From Pavona decussata (Eukaryota), in the NCBI GenBank assembly GCA_977016875.1, contig CDRNST010000148.1, forward strand, positions 3,844,001 to 3,908,000: a DNA stretch of 64,000 nucleotides, in the 5' to 3' direction. The position numbers and the translations under genes were made by a program. The notes under the pieces were generated by a model that saw nothing but the letters and a program-made list of their open reading frames with translations, was not told where the DNA came from and made no database searches. Of the stretch, positions 61,586 through 64,000 are shown one piece after another. Each line of letters begins with the position of its first letter. Position 1 is the stretch's first letter.

Positions 61586-63933
61586 ATGGAATTGTTGGAG
61601 GTCAACAGCGCCTGTTTTTCACGGTGGGTACAGGTTTCTTCCGAAAGAAAACTCTACAGAGAAGATTCTAGAACTTCAAAGAAGTCCAGGAAAACCTCAA
61701 GGCAAAGTTCTAGATCTTCAACCAGTAGTGTTTACTACACGTATCATAAAGCAAAATATTCAGAAGAGGAATTTAAGGAGATTTTGCAGAGGTGGATAGA
61801 GTATCCTGAACATGAGGAAACAATGAAGCTAAAGAAGCTAGTTAGACAAGGAGTCTTGCCGCAGTTCAGATCGCAGCTGTGGAAAGATGCAAGTGGTGGA
61901 GCAGATATCATTCTGAATTCCCCTCATTACTATGAAGAAATGATTGATGACATGGGTAAGCGAGTAATCTAAAGTATAACAGGAATCTAACCTAGGCGAT
62001 TAGAAAAAAAAAAATGAAATAAAAAATAAAATTAGTTGATTAAAATTATTGTACATACACTTACTTGGCTTATTTAATTAGTGTACTACCCCCATTGTGG
62101 TAAGAAAAATCTAGACACAGGGGATTTAGTCTATGTTACTTGTCCCACAAATTTAATCTGTTTTTGGGACAAGTCCCTAACTGTCATGTGAACGTCACAA
62201 GGAAGTTGTCACGTGTCCTAGGGACTAAGTGCAAGGGACTTTTCCCACAGAGGGCCTCTTCATATGCAGAGCCCGGTCGACCGGGCTGGCTCGAATTCTG
62301 AGATCTCGCCTTGCCACTCTTTTCTTTACAAAAATTTTGATGTGTTCATATGAGAAGGCGGGCTGGCCCAGTTACCGAGATCTTGGTAACCGAGTTGGAA
62401 ATTTTTTTCCATATGAACACTCCAGCGCGGATACTGTGCTACTCCTTGAAGTCCTTGAAAAGCTCTGGAATTTAATTTTATATTTGAAGGGCGCTTGAAA
62501 AGCCCTTGAAAAGAAGAATTTTTGCTAAAAGTGCTTGAAAATAATGAAAACTCTTTGAATTTTTGTTCAGATGGGAAATAATGTGTGATTGTATCAAAGT
62601 AATTCAGGGATTGAGCGTAGATTTCAAAATCGGGGACAGATTATATCCGGGGAAGCTTTTTTAAAGTTGACATTCATGACCAATGGAAACATTTTGAAAC
62701 AGTGAAAGACAAAGTAGCCTTGCTTTGAGTACTCCTTGAAAACTCAGTTTTTAGTGCTTGAACACTCCTTGAATTTTATGTCCAAAAGCCAGCACGGACT
62801 ATGATACTGGGACTGTCGATGACGAAACATTTTCAACTGGAATGCGGTTCCATGGGTATTTTGGGGGCCTTTTGGACATTTTTCATCTCGGTACATCTAC
62901 ATCTACATTTATCCATGGCAGAGGTTGCCTTTCGCACCACGGAAACTGGGATTTAATTTCCCATATGAACAAAAGACAAAATTCATCCCGCCTACTGGGC
63001 CAGCCCAGTTACCAGGCTCATATGAAGAGGCCCTTAGTGTGCCAACCTTTTTATGTCATTGTACAGTATGTTTTCAACATTGTCTAATTTTCTCCTGTCA
63101 AGCTCTCACAATAAATTTATTGGTGTTTTCTCGTGGTCCTCGGTCCTTTATTTCCAATTTTCATAATCTGTATCCCATCCACCTACCCCCATTTACCATT
63201 GTTTGATTTCTTCTGAAAATGTAGTTATGTTTGGTAATCATAGCTTGTTATTTCTCTGCAGGTATCCAAGTTCCTTCCAGTATACCTTCAACTGTTTTCA
63301 GTGGTACCAGAGATGTCCCAGCATACCTTTTATCACCAGATGGAGAGAAGACCTGTCTAAAAATCCTGTACATTCTGTCCCACATGCATCCTGATATCCA
63401 GTTTGCTCCTTTAATACCTCCTTTGGCTTCTTTATTCCTTCATTTCATGGAGGAAGATCTTTGCTATGCTTGCTTGTCTGCTGTGGTAAATTCCAGGAGA
63501 TCTATGTTGGATCAGAGCTGGAGGGCAACTGTTGTGATGGCAAAAACGTTTCAAGATTCCTTCAAGTCTTATTTTGTAAGTTCCATTTTTAGACTCTGTT
63601 ACTTAATAATTGAACTACATATAGTTGGGCAGATTCACTCAGTTTTCAAATTTTAAACATGGTTAGAGTTTCCGACATTTTGCAGTTTCCAAATATATAA
63701 TTTGTGGGCAATGTCTTGGTTTCAATGATTTGATAACTTTAGTTATGGGATTGCGACGAGAACTGCATGTAAATGGTCACTTAAACCTCTTATATTTTCA
63801 ATTACAGATGCCGTCTTATAAACTGATCAAGGAGTTTATTCAGACAACTAAAGGAGAGCAGTTACGAAAAAATACTATTCTTATTCATGATTGGCTTACT
63901 TGGATGTTCCATTACATTGATTTTTGGACTTTG
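61586..63933 (+). CDS. TBC1D24: TBC1 domain family member 24 / Skywalker-like Rab-GAP, 5' part (continues beyond the window)
   Basis: Exons 61586-61955, 63262-63575, 63808-63933. LKKLVRQG..FRSQLW and VPAYLLSPDGEKTCLKILYILSHMHPDIQFAPLIPPLASLFLHFM match the atypical TBC domain of TBC1D24. Confidence 0.8.
62252..63033. mobile_element. Harbinger-like MITE with a nested CTTGAA-repeat element (~62422-62803)
   Basis: GGGCCTCTTCATATG ... CATATGAAGAGGCCC|TTA. Confidence 0.7.
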
Positions 63934-64000
63934 GTAAGTAGAAATGTTATTGTTTTCTTCAATTTATCTAATATTATATTGATCTTACAGGGTTGTTACT

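Overview
AT-rich, intron-containing animal DNA with three assembly gaps. The repeat landscape (TIR MITEs, tRNA-derived SINEs, Penelope remnants) looks like an anthozoan or stony coral; that taxon call is inferred. Genes were built by hand from splice signals and recalled protein homology: the 3' half of WDR11 (+), a TRPC-family channel (-) with two apparent lesions, SMIM8 (+, head-to-head with the TRPC gene), an orphan two-exon gene (-), an MDM2/MDM4-family E3 ligase (+), a possible small basic gene (+), CABCOCO1 (+) and the 5' part of TBC1D24 (+). The main finding is a perfect 20/20 p53-family response element in the putative MDM promoter plus a second half-site cluster about 1.85 kb downstream, while no p53-binding SWIB exon could be found in the MDM gene. 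Together these suggest a p53-to-MDM transcriptional loop that may lack the classical protein contact. Other points of interest are a +1 frame switch in the TRPC gene at a UUU_CGC motif, two U12-type introns, hammerhead-ribozyme remnants and a multi-level transposon nest carrying inverted Penelope fragments. No database searches were run.
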